Source of the DNA: a virus
Length of the DNA: 64,000 nt
Strand: one strand, 5' to 3'
IMG/VR virus record: IMGVR_UViG_3300030090_007211
Location: 87,932 to 151,931 of that record
The notes beneath the pieces were generated by a model that had not been told where the DNA came from, did not search any database, and saw only the letters and a program-made list of their open reading frames with translations. Positions 1-8,886 of this stretch are shown one piece after another. Position numbers and translations under genes: made by a program. Position 1 is the stretch's first letter. The number at the start of each line of letters is the position of its first letter.

Positions 1-266
1 ATAATTAGGATACTTTGTATGCATAAATTTAATTATTTCTATTACATCTTTATCTCTAGTTTGGGGGTCACAGATAGTCAGAGTTATTTCTCTAACTAAC
101 TTTCCTTCATAGAGTTCCCATTCCATTTCCCTTATATTAGCGATACATTCTCCTTTTTTAAGTACGTCCCATCCATCGACCTCATAACCTTTCTCCACAA
201 TTTGTTTCCCTGTTAACTTATAACATGTACAACTACTTAGAATAATAATCAATAACAGTATCTTAC

Positions 267-509
267 TCATCTTTGTTGTTTTAATCTTTCTTCTATTACC
301 CAGTTATGTTTTTTAAATATTATTACTGGTTTTTCTTCATTAGATATATTATCCCATGATTTATATATCATATAACCCATATGTGTCTTTGCAAGAAATA
401 GGGTATCTCTGTTTGGACTTATGTGTGAGAATATCACACTACTATCTACACTTTGTGCTCCGATGGTTTGGGTAATTAATAACCCCATCATTAAAACTAT
501 TTTTTTCAT
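267..509 (-). CDS. hypothetical secreted protein
   Basis: 80 aa ORF with N-terminal signal-peptide-like MKKIVLMMGLLITQTIGAQ. Confidence 0.55.
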   Translation of the reverse strand: MKKIVLMMGLLITQTIGAQSVDSSVIFSHISPNRDTLFLAKTHMGYMIYKSWDNISNEEKPVIIFKKHNWVIEERLKQQR

Positions 510-526
510 CTATTTTGTCTATATTG

Positions 527-1030
527 TTAATTTTTATTTGTTAAAATTTTTCTAATACTCCATTTTGCTCTATGGTAAGTAGATTTGGAGGTACCTTCAG
601 TAATATTCAATTCATCCGCCACTTCTTTATGTTTATATCCGTTAAGTACCATATCAAAAACCTTTAATTTAACTGGGGATAACTGATTTTTAACTTTTAA
701 TACATCTTCAATAGTAAATCCATATTCCTCATGAATATTATCATCTTTACATAAAGCACGATCACCTATAATTTCTAAAGGTATTTCCGTATTAACTGGT
801 AAAGTTTTTTTACGTTTAGCGTCAAGAATTGTGTTAATTATTATTCTCCTCACCCATCCCTCAAATGAACCTTTTTCCTCGTAGTTAGATAAATTATGAT
901 ATACTTTTATAAACCCTTGTTGACACCATTCCTGTGCTTGATCCAAATCTTGTGTGTATTTCATCCCTACTTGGTATAACATTTTTTCCCATAGTGCGGA
1001 ATACACTTCTTCCATTCGTATTTCACCCAT
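527..1030 (-). CDS. ECF-type RNA polymerase sigma factor (sigma-70 family)
   Basis: Region 2 AQEWCQQGFIKVY...GSFEGWVRRIIINTILD and region 4 GYKHKEVADELNITEGTSKSTYHRAK, as in Bacteroidota ECF sigmas. Confidence 0.9.
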   Translation of the reverse strand: MGEIRMEEVYSALWEKMLYQVGMKYTQDLDQAQEWCQQGFIKVYHNLSNYEEKGSFEGWVRRIIINTILDAKRKKTLPVNTEIPLEIIGDRALCKDDNIHEEYGFTIEDVLKVKNQLSPVKLKVFDMVLNGYKHKEVADELNITEGTSKSTYHRAKWSIRKILTNKN

Positions 1031-1081
1031 ATTATTAAATTTAATATAAAAATAATAATAATATATGAGAAAAACAAATCT

Positions 1082-1807
1082 TTATACCATATTTTCTTTA
1101 ATAGATAATCTTTCCCTACTAGGTTGGCAATCTCCAATCTCACTCCCAATATATCTTCTATTGGTTTGTTGACATGCTAATGCAGTAGTTCCGCTACCCA
1201 TAAATGGATCGTAAACTATATCGTTCTCATCTGTGCACGATAGAATACAATTTAAAGGTAATTCTATAGGGAAAGGTGCAGGAAATTTATTATCCTTATC
1301 AGGATTAAATGTCCATACCACCTTATTAAAAATACTATTCTTCCTATTAAATTTAACTCTACTATCTTTAGTTTTTTGTAACCAAAAAATATATTCTATT
1401 GTTGGGAAGAAATAAGATTTATCTAATTTAGGGGTATTTTTTCTATCCCATATTATAGTTTGTTTTAAAGGAAAATCAAATATATAAGTAGGAAATATTT
1501 CTTGATGTAATTTTTGTATTGGTTGGTGGTTATAGAAAAATGATCCTGTAGGTTTTAAAACCCTTAAACACTCTGTTATAACCTTACGTTGCCATTCATC
1601 ATATTCGTGAGGTAACAAACAATCATTATAACCATCATATTCTATTCTTCTAGATTTGGTACCGAAACCATTTTTCATATTTCTATTACTACTCCAGTAC
1701 CCTTTATTATACGGTGGTGAGGTAACTATCAAGTCAATAGAACTATCTTCCATTCTTGATAGGGTTACTAAACAATCCTCATTATAAATTGTATCTTTTT
1801 CAATCAT
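1082..1807 (-). CDS. DNA N4-C/N6-A methyltransferase (beta class)
   Basis: Motif IV TSPPYN precedes motif I YDPFMGSGTT. Confidence 0.92.
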   Translation of the reverse strand: MIEKDTIYNEDCLVTLSRMEDSSIDLIVTSPPYNKGYWSSNRNMKNGFGTKSRRIEYDGYNDCLLPHEYDEWQRKVITECLRVLKPTGSFFYNHQPIQKLHQEIFPTYIFDFPLKQTIIWDRKNTPKLDKSYFFPTIEYIFWLQKTKDSRVKFNRKNSIFNKVVWTFNPDKDNKFPAPFPIELPLNCILSCTDENDIVYDPFMGSGTTALACQQTNRRYIGSEIGDCQPSRERLSIKENMV

Positions 1808-2066
1808 CTCTTAATAAATCAAATTCTTCACATTTAACTTTTTCTCTAACCCAGTCTTCTTGTAACGCATCCGCCAATGTCATAGAATATTTTTCACCTT
1901 CTTCTTTCTTCATTTCCAACTCCCACATATTCTCACTTAAATATTCAAAGGCTTCTTCGTCACTCATTCCTTTTAATTCTTCGTAATCATCAGTATCTAT
2001 CTCAATAGTATGACTATTCCGATAAGTGTACCAACTTTCTGCCATATATACTTTTAATTTACTCAT
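1800..2066 (-). CDS. hypothetical acidic protein
   Basis: ORF track; overlaps the start of the MTase gene. Confidence 0.55.
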   Translation of the reverse strand: MSKLKVYMAESWYTYRNSHTIEIDTDDYEELKGMSDEEAFEYLSENMWELEMKKEEGEKYSMTLADALQEDWVREKVKCEEFDLLRDD

Positions 2067-2498
2067 CTTTGTTTTGGTTTATATACAATGATCCACTATT
2101 GGACCATCAGTGTTAGTATTTAATAATCCTTTAATCAAATGAACGTCTCCTTTGATGGTATGGGTATTATTATCTTCATAAGTGATATAAATTATACCCT
2201 TTTCTATTTTAATTTCTTTTATATTGTCTAAGGATAATTTATTCATCTAACTCTTTTAAAATTTCTTTTAATTCAAAACACCATATTTCTACCATATCTG
2301 GTTCGGTCGAAATAGCACAGCATGCACTATTATTTTCTTCTATCTCTTCTACTATTTCAAGTGCTCTTTTAATATTGGATTTCATCTTCTAAAATATTAC
2401 CTATCTCCACTATATCACTTACTACACTATTATAAAATTGTATTAACATCATAATAATAAACAAAAAAATTATAATACTCAATAATATTTTAATTTTA

Positions 2499-3215
2499 TT
2501 ATCCTTCATACTTAAAATAATCTACAATGAATTCAGAATAGGTAGGATTGTTAATATCCACCCCATCATCTACTGCATTGTTAATGATAACATTCATATG
2601 TTTATCATTGAGCTCGTCTAGTATTTTTTTATCTTTTATTACTCTAACTTTCTTTTCGTTATAATAGATACTTACTTTATTAGGTGTCCATTCACAAGCA
2701 TACTTTAAAAAATGTTTAGAGGGATTCTTAAACCCCATCCAGTGAGATTTTGCACCTATACTATAGTTATTGGGGGTAATACCTAAATGAACATTAGTAT
2801 TAACATGCCAAAATCCTAATGGATTAGTAATGTCAAACCTAAAATAACCTTTTCTATTTCTCGTATATCCCTCAAATACATCAATTTCTGGTGGCCAACT
2901 ATCAAATGACCACATCCAAAATGCTGGCCATAAATGTTTACCCGCAGGTAATTTAGCTTTTATCTCAAAATAACCATGTTTAAATTTAGTAGTATTCGAA
3001 ACCAAACCTACCCCTATCTCACTCTTTACACCTAAATGTGGAAAATATTGTGAATTTTTATGTGTCTTTAAAACTAATTGTTCTTTTCCATCCGCACAAT
3101 ATATCATTTCTACCGCACTAGGATCATACCAACAAAACGATTTATTGGGATGTATCTGACCCCATCTTTCTTGAGTTATCCATTCATACCCCGACCATTG
3201 AAACCTGTCTTTCAT
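2499..3215 (-). CDS. glycoside hydrolase family 16 (beta-glucanase-like)
   Basis: GYFEIKAKLP, WPAFWM, catalytic EIDVFE, and VDY near the C-terminus. Confidence 0.88.
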   Translation of the reverse strand: MKDRFQWSGYEWITQERWGQIHPNKSFCWYDPSAVEMIYCADGKEQLVLKTHKNSQYFPHLGVKSEIGVGLVSNTTKFKHGYFEIKAKLPAGKHLWPAFWMWSFDSWPPEIDVFEGYTRNRKGYFRFDITNPLGFWHVNTNVHLGITPNNYSIGAKSHWMGFKNPSKHFLKYACEWTPNKVSIYYNEKKVRVIKDKKILDELNDKHMNVIINNAVDDGVDINNPTYSEFIVDYFKYEG

Positions 3216-3364
3216 TATCTATGATTTCTTTTTCTTTTAAATTTATTTATAATTTCATCCGCCTCCTCAATTTGTGATTGTAATTCATCATGGAGAAATA
3301 TCACCCCCATAATTGCAATAATAACACCACATGACCCAAAAATAATAATAAATTCCATATATTT

Positions 3365-3757
3365 TTATTCAGGTAAATGTTCCCACTTACCGTTATTTAA
3401 TAATTTAAAACTCCCAACATATTTTTGTTTCCATTCATTAGGGGAGATAATACTTAAAAAATCACCACCATCTTTTCTTTCATACAAAAAATAAATTTCA
3501 CCCACTATTGGGTCAAAAGCACATTGTGCCTCATATACCCTATTATTCCATTTATACTCTTCCACTAGTTTGTCATATTCATTTTTAATTTCTGTTAGTT
3601 TACTTTTAAAATATTGGGTTGCTTTAATACAATTTTCATCATCAATTACTAAAGGTTTAAAATTAGGGGAACCAATCGTAGTAGGATATTCTTTTTTAGA
3701 AGCATCATACTGATGTGTTTCTTCATTATAAACTATGTAATCCGGTTTCTTCTCCAT
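3365..3757 (-). CDS. DUF2452-like protein
   Basis: FDPIVGEIYFLY...FLSIISPNEW pattern recalled for this Bacteroidota family. Confidence 0.65.
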   Translation of the reverse strand: MEKKPDYIVYNEETHQYDASKKEYPTTIGSPNFKPLVIDDENCIKATQYFKSKLTEIKNEYDKLVEEYKWNNRVYEAQCAFDPIVGEIYFLYERKDGGDFLSIISPNEWKQKYVGSFKLLNNGKWEHLPE

Positions 3758-3928
3758 GAAGTATCTTCTTCATATATCAATTGTTATTTTTATAAGTGCA
3801 ATTATAATTAAAAAGGGTAATATACATAGGGTACCAATAAAAGTACCTGTTAAATACGCCAAAGTCCAAATAAGAGACCCAATTTTTTTAATAGTCATAT
3901 ATAAATATAATATAATAAAATTAAAGTG

Positions 3929-4546
3929 TCAATATTGTTTTTTAAACAACGTAATGGGCATTTCAGACGCTTGTTTATTATCCCACAATTCTTTTCTTTC
4001 AGGATGCCATTGTACCAACACTACTTTCTCACCTATTGCCGCCTCTATTGTGTCATCATACGCCCATAAAATTTTCTCTAATCCCTTACCTAATTCTTTA
4101 CAATGTTGGTGATGTCTGGAATTGATCATAAATTCATTACCTTCTTTATCATATACCTCATGATATAAACTTCGTAAATTATGGGTTTTAGTTTCTCCTT
4201 TCACTAACAGACTAGGACAATGATCCCCTTCCACTTTTAAATCTTCTACTACACCCCCTAAGTATATATTTACTAATTGCATTCCTCTACATATCCCTAA
4301 AATGGGTAACCTCCGCATAAACGCTTGTTCAGTTAATTGTAATTCAAAAGTATCCCTTTTTGGTTTTGTTCCTACGTCTGCACCCCCACAAAGTAATAAT
4401 CCACCTTCAATTATATCATCTAATGTAGTAAGAATTTTATAAGAAAAATTATGTTTAACTACCCAATCAATATAACTTTGGGTTTTTTCTTTGGAGCTAG
4501 CAGGTGCAATACTAATGACATAATTAAATTCATCCAAGTCCCTCAT
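3929..4546 (-). CDS. class I glutamine amidotransferase / peptidase C26 (PuuD-like)
   Basis: GGADV, GICRGMQ nucleophile elbow, NSRHHQ, VQWHPE. Confidence 0.9.
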   Translation of the reverse strand: MRDLDEFNYVISIAPASSKEKTQSYIDWVVKHNFSYKILTTLDDIIEGGLLLCGGADVGTKPKRDTFELQLTEQAFMRRLPILGICRGMQLVNIYLGGVVEDLKVEGDHCPSLLVKGETKTHNLRSLYHEVYDKEGNEFMINSRHHQHCKELGKGLEKILWAYDDTIEAAIGEKVVLVQWHPERKELWDNKQASEMPITLFKKQY

Positions 4547-5054
4547 AATTTTGTTCCACAGTTATCCACGTACCTAAGGCTTTTAATAAAGGAGATTCTG
4601 CCCGTAGAATATCTCTAATTACCTCCTTAATTTCACTTTCTATTTCCCACCCAATGTCTGGATTGTCTATGGCGTCCCATAATTTCTCTTCTTCTCCTGT
4701 AGTAAATAAAGTAACAGTTGCCCCATCTAAATTAACGTAGGCATCTATTTCCCATAATATTTCTTTTACATAAACATCCTGTTCCAGTACATCTGTTAGG
4801 GTATAAGTTACATCGGTAATACTAAATTTAAAATCATAACCACCACTACTTGGATAGTCAGCCGTATTAAACTCTATTCCTTTAAATCTCTCTAGAATTT
4901 CTCCCTCTACCTCATATAAATAATCTACTTCTTCGTCAGTTAGGGCGTAGGCAGCAACTAAATTATGTTTATTAGGTATATATTTGAGACTTTTGGCTTC
5001 TCTTCCCAACGCATTTATAACTTTATTAATATATTCCCTACGTTTTTCTTCCAT
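4530..5054 (-). CDS. hypothetical protein with one copy of the YGL-E-W repeat domain
   Basis: EYINKVINAL...AAYALTDEEVDYLY resembles the repeats of 17148..19232. Confidence 0.55.
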   Translation of the reverse strand: MEEKRREYINKVINALGREAKSLKYIPNKHNLVAAYALTDEEVDYLYEVEGEILERFKGIEFNTADYPSSGGYDFKFSITDVTYTLTDVLEQDVYVKEILWEIDAYVNLDGATVTLFTTGEEEKLWDAIDNPDIGWEIESEIKEVIRDILRAESPLLKALGTWITVEQNYEGLG

Positions 5055-5082
5055 ATTAATAAATATAAAGAAATATACTTAC

Positions 5083-5298
5083 TTACCAACCCCTCTTTTT
5101 AATATCACGATATAACCATATCAAAGTTCCAATAAATCCACCATAAGCAGCAATCCCTACAGCAATTTTTAAATACCAAGTAGTCAAATACCCTTCTTTT
5201 ACCCAACCAGGATATAATATACAAAACATTAAATTTAAGAGAAGTGCAAAGATATCAACTCCACGTAAAAAAGGTGATTTCTTATTTTTTATACTCAT
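5083..5298 (-). CDS. small two-TM membrane protein
   Basis: two hydrophobic segments and a basic C-terminus. Confidence 0.5.
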   Translation of the reverse strand: MSIKNKKSPFLRGVDIFALLLNLMFCILYPGWVKEGYLTTWYLKIAVGIAAYGGFIGTLIWLYRDIKKRGW

Positions 5299-5358
5299 AT
5301 TTATATTTTTTATATAATATTATTTTATATATATAAATATGAACAAAATATTATTTTG

Positions 5359-5739
5359 TTATAACCACTTATGTTTTTTAAAATAAAACCACATTCCTGC
5401 TGCGGTACCTATAGTTAAAAGAGTAAATATCCAAAATCCATGATGATTACTAAGAAAAGGTACATCATCAAAGTTCATCCCAAAAATTCCAGTATAAAAA
5501 GAAAGGGGTAAAAAGATAGTTGACCAAATAGTTAAAAGGTTTAATCTTTTATTCATTAAATCATTATTAGATTTCTCAATCATTGCCTCCAATATTAAAT
5601 GTAATTCTAATAAATCTTTATGGGCTTGTCTGTTATCTATTAATTCTTTTTTTAATTTATAAAATTCTTTAACATCTATTTCTTTCCCTGCAAATATATC
5701 CTCCTCAAACTCAGTTAATTTTTTCTCTAATTTATTCAT
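5359..5739 (-). CDS. truncated CorA-like protein (C-terminal TM domain only)
   Basis: LTIWSTIFLPLSFYTGIFGMNF (GMN signature), second TM, basic FKKHKWL end; only 126 aa. Confidence 0.85.
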   Translation of the reverse strand: MNKLEKKLTEFEEDIFAGKEIDVKEFYKLKKELIDNRQAHKDLLELHLILEAMIEKSNNDLMNKRLNLLTIWSTIFLPLSFYTGIFGMNFDDVPFLSNHHGFWIFTLLTIGTAAGMWFYFKKHKWL

Positions 5740-6718
5740 GAAACATTTCTTTTTTCCACATTCTTATTAAACAATCTTTATCTAATTGATTATATTTTAA
5801 ATATTTATCTTTCCATTCTTGTGACATCTCTCCATTATAATTAGGCCAACTTCCATCCAAATACGCTTGCCATCGGAAACCTTCTCTTGGTTCATATCCA
5901 TCAATTTCTTCTGCAGTTACCGTTTTATCGCCTAATAAAATTCTTAATAAGTAATTTTCTTTCTCACAATAATTTAATAATATTTTTCTTAATATTTTTT
6001 TAGTAATAGGGTTATAACCTGCAGGTAAAGTATAATATTGCCAACAGGTTAAATGAAAGGCATAACCAGAATAATATGCCATCGCTAATTGTTTTTGAAA
6101 CCAATTATGTTTTTGTTTAATATTATAATGAACTCGGGAAGTATAATCATTATTTTTAATAGAATTTCTTTTATATCCGTTTATTTTTGCAATAATTTTA
6201 TTTAAGGTAAGTGCAATACTTTTTTCTGCAATTTGGGCTAAACAAAAAATATTGGTCCAAAACTTTTTATTTGTTTTAAATTGGAAAGTTTTAATCCACG
6301 CAAACATATCAGGAGTCATATTAAATTTTCTTGATAATTTATAGGGGAGATTTTTACTTAATTCATCCAACTCATGTAGATTGTTATTAACATGTAATGC
6401 CGCTAATGACATTAATACTTGATCTCGCGAAACATCATCTTCACCATATCTACCAGTGTGTCTCATTGCTTGATAAAAAGGTTTTTTAAAATGGTGACCA
6501 GCAGGTATATATCTATAACATTCTAATATACCTTCTTTCATCAGAGGTTCTTTCCACGTTATATAAGCTAATGCTGTTCTCCATAAGGCGTCTCCCTCAC
6601 CTACATTAAGTGCACCTTCTTTTTTTGCCCACTCCCATGCATGTTCGCACATCATTTTACTTTTAGTATCAAAATATTTTTTTGACGTTATCCGTTTACC
6701 AGATTTAAAACTATTCAT
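5732..6718 (-). CDS. hypothetical protein (328 aa)
   Basis: long ORF, no family recognised. Confidence 0.6.
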   Translation of the reverse strand: MNSFKSGKRITSKKYFDTKSKMMCEHAWEWAKKEGALNVGEGDALWRTALAYITWKEPLMKEGILECYRYIPAGHHFKKPFYQAMRHTGRYGEDDVSRDQVLMSLAALHVNNNLHELDELSKNLPYKLSRKFNMTPDMFAWIKTFQFKTNKKFWTNIFCLAQIAEKSIALTLNKIIAKINGYKRNSIKNNDYTSRVHYNIKQKHNWFQKQLAMAYYSGYAFHLTCWQYYTLPAGYNPITKKILRKILLNYCEKENYLLRILLGDKTVTAEEIDGYEPREGFRWQAYLDGSWPNYNGEMSQEWKDKYLKYNQLDKDCLIRMWKKEMFHE

Positions 6719-6911
6719 CTTTTTTCCATAAATCTAATGTCCACAAAACTGATTCTATAAAATATAAAACACCAACCATTATCATCCCATAATGTGTCCA
6801 ACTACCTTGATGCCCATAAGTAATATCTTGATATATAGAAGGGATTGCAGACCCCATAATTGAGATACTGAAGAGTAATTTTACCCATTTATTATCTAAA
6901 AACTTTTTCAC
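6711..6911 (-). CDS. small two-TM membrane protein
   Basis: two hydrophobic helices; GTG start; TATTTAT just upstream. Confidence 0.5.
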   Translation of the reverse strand: MKKFLDNKWVKLLFSISIMGSAIPSIYQDITYGHQGSWTHYGMIMVGVLYFIESVLWTLDLWKKDE

Positions 6912-6925
6912 TATAATAAATAAAT

Positions 6926-7174
6926 TTAATTATATGCGTAAAGTGCTTCTTCATGTACTTCTTTAACGCCCTCAACCGTTTCAAATCTTTCAGCGTTATA
7001 TCCTTGCCAGGGTAAACCATATTTAGTTCTACCTAAATTTCTCACACCAACTAACATATAGGCTCTTTGATCGAAAGTATTGACAAACGCTTCTCTCACT
7101 ACGTAAATCTCTCCTTCAATTACTTCTGCACCTGCAGGTAATTGTTTATCATTTATACAAACTACTTTTTTCAT
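6926..7174 (-). CDS. hypothetical protein
   Basis: ORF track, KVVCIND N-terminus. Confidence 0.55.
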   Translation of the reverse strand: MKKVVCINDKQLPAGAEVIEGEIYVVREAFVNTFDQRAYMLVGVRNLGRTKYGLPWQGYNAERFETVEGVKEVHEEALYAYN

Positions 7175-7672
7175 CTATTTTTTAGATTTCTTCTTTTTCT
7201 TACTAGTTCGTTTATTTAATTGACAATCAGAAATCGTTTCATAAACACAATTTGTGCTATCATATTTCAAGTTACCACCTTTTTGATCATCATCACATTG
7301 ATGTTTGAATTTACCATTCTTACATTTTTTACAACACATTGGTGATCTTCCTAATTTAGCTTCGTAAGATCCTGGTTTAGGATATCGATTAGGGTCATCA
7401 GGATCATATGGATCATATGGATCAGGGTTATCTTCTTCATATGGATCCGGATAATCATCATCGTCTTGTGATAATACTAACGCTGTTGGTGTAACATATG
7501 CCCCCGCACTGGCAGTGCTAGTTCCCCCTCTTGCGATATTGTTAGATGTGGTAGGATTAGAAGGAGGAGTAGGTGTTTGTTCTTGTAAAGACTCTTTTTT
7601 ACTCTCTTCTTCTATTACTTGTTGTATAATACGATTTAATTGACTTTCAGTTAATTTTATTGTCCTTCCCAT
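7175..7672 (-). CDS. IKLTESQ-leader protein with DPY repeats and a Cys-rich C-terminus
   Basis: MGRTIKLTESQLNRIIQQVIEEE; PDPY/DPY repeats; CCKKC. Confidence 0.65.
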   Translation of the reverse strand: MGRTIKLTESQLNRIIQQVIEEESKKESLQEQTPTPPSNPTTSNNIARGGTSTASAGAYVTPTALVLSQDDDDYPDPYEEDNPDPYDPYDPDDPNRYPKPGSYEAKLGRSPMCCKKCKNGKFKHQCDDDQKGGNLKYDSTNCVYETISDCQLNKRTSKKKKKSKK

Positions 7673-7715
7673 TATATATTATTTAATATATAAATATAGG
7701 AAAAATAATAAAAAA

Positions 7716-7943
7716 TTACTCATTAGTAGTTAAACGGCGTATTATTTCTTCGTAATATTTTTGTTTATCGTCACCAAGTAATATTAAGTCTAATAATTTA
7801 TCTATTTGTTCTTCTAAAGGTAACCAACCACCAATGTAAATTACTAACCCCTCATGTAGATACCTATCATAAGGATCAATCCCAGTTTCTAATATCCAAA
7901 TATCGTAAGCTTTATGATATACTATTTTATAATCTTTTTTCAT
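7716..7943 (-). CDS. hypothetical protein
   Basis: ORF track. Confidence 0.5.
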   Translation of the reverse strand: MKKDYKIVYHKAYDIWILETGIDPYDRYLHEGLVIYIGGWLPLEEQIDKLLDLILLGDDKQKYYEEIIRRLTTNE

Positions 7944-7944
7944 T

Positions 7945-8121
7945 TTAATAATCTAAATCTAAATCAGTGAGTGGAAACTCATCATCGTTATAAGTTTCTA
8001 GTAATTTTTCAATCTCATATTTCCAAGATCGATAAAATTCAATGTCTTCGGCTGAATCCATAACTTCCCCAGCCATCAATCTTAATACAAACATCCTAAT
8101 TTCTAAAAATGTGTCTTCCAT
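7945..8121 (-). CDS. 58-aa protein, paralog of 8186..8359 (not in ORF track)
   Basis: manual translation MEDTFLEIRMFVLRLMAGEVMDSAEDIEFYRSWKYEIEKLLETYNDDEFPLTDLDLDY. Confidence 0.75.
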   Translation of the reverse strand: MEDTFLEIRMFVLRLMAGEVMDSAEDIEFYRSWKYEIEKLLETYNDDEFPLTDLDLDY

Positions 8122-8125
8122 ACTG

Positions 8126-8179
8126 ATAAGTACAGAGGAGAGTAGAGGTAATTAAGTTGATTATGTAAGAGTTTTGTAA
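8126..8179 (-). promoter_or_regulatory. TTACA-N6-TTACA box plus TACTTAT promoter core
   Basis: plus strand ATAAGTA 8126-8132, 31 nt, TGTAA 8164-68, N6, TGTAA 8175-79. Confidence 0.65.
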
Positions 8180-8185
8180 TTAATT

Positions 8186-8359
8186 TTAGTCGTCTTTGGG
8201 AATATCATCAAAAGGGTTTTCCCCTTCATGATAAAGTAAAAGGTATTCTTCTATCGTAGTTCGCCAATTCATATAAAATTGTAAATCTTCAGGAGAATCC
8301 ATTTTATCTCCAGCAATAATACGTAAAACAAACTCCCTTATATTGTTTTCATCACTCAT
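8186..8359 (-). CDS. 57-aa protein, paralog of 7945..8121 (not in ORF track)
   Basis: manual translation MSDENNIREFVLRIIAGDKMDSPEDLQFYMNWRTTIEEYLLLYHEGENPFDDIPKDD. Confidence 0.75.
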   Translation of the reverse strand: MSDENNIREFVLRIIAGDKMDSPEDLQFYMNWRTTIEEYLLLYHEGENPFDDIPKDD

Positions 8360-8364
8360 CTTTA

Positions 8365-8418
8365 ATAAATAAGTGAAACAAGGGGAAATAAGTAATAAGA
8401 AATGTAAAATAAATGTAA
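8365..8418 (-). promoter_or_regulatory. TTACA-N6-TTACA box plus TATTTAT promoter core
   Basis: plus strand ATAAATA 8365-71, 31 nt, TGTAA 8403-07, N6, TGTAA 8414-18. Confidence 0.65.
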
Positions 8419-8419
8419 A

Positions 8420-8860
8420 TTAGTCAGGAGTAACTTCAAAATCCTCACCCAATACTAATTCTCCTGATTGGGCTTCTTTCATAGAAATTTCTTCTCCTTT
8501 AAATCTATCGCCCACATCTTTTATTAAATGCTCTCGGATTGCATTAGATTTAGAAAATTTTTCTTTTTTCATTATCTTATCGTAAATATTCTTTTTATGA
8601 GTATCCTCTAATTTTAAAGGAGATGGTTCTTCTCCTTCACATAAAGAAGAATTAATTTCTTCATACTCCGCACCCTCAAAACTATAGGTAACACTATCGA
8701 TAGGGTCACCTTCTTCTAAACGTGCCTCTAATGAAGCAAAAGTAATTACGTTTACTTTTATTCTATTATTAATTAAATCTACTCTATAGTCACTAATCAT
8801 ACTATATGCTTCACTATGTATAGATTTAAATCTTGTAATAAGGTTTGATATAATTGCCAT
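8420..8860 (-). CDS. hypothetical protein
   Basis: ORF track; TATTTATA upstream. Confidence 0.55.
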   Translation of the reverse strand: MAIISNLITRFKSIHSEAYSMISDYRVDLINNRIKVNVITFASLEARLEEGDPIDSVTYSFEGAEYEEINSSLCEGEEPSPLKLEDTHKKNIYDKIMKKEKFSKSNAIREHLIKDVGDRFKGEEISMKEAQSGELVLGEDFEVTPD

Positions 8861-8886
8861 AATATTTTTTTATTATAAATATATTT

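Noticed and set aside
1082-1807. Restriction-modification system
   Set aside because: No adjacent endonuclease; looks like an orphan protective MTase
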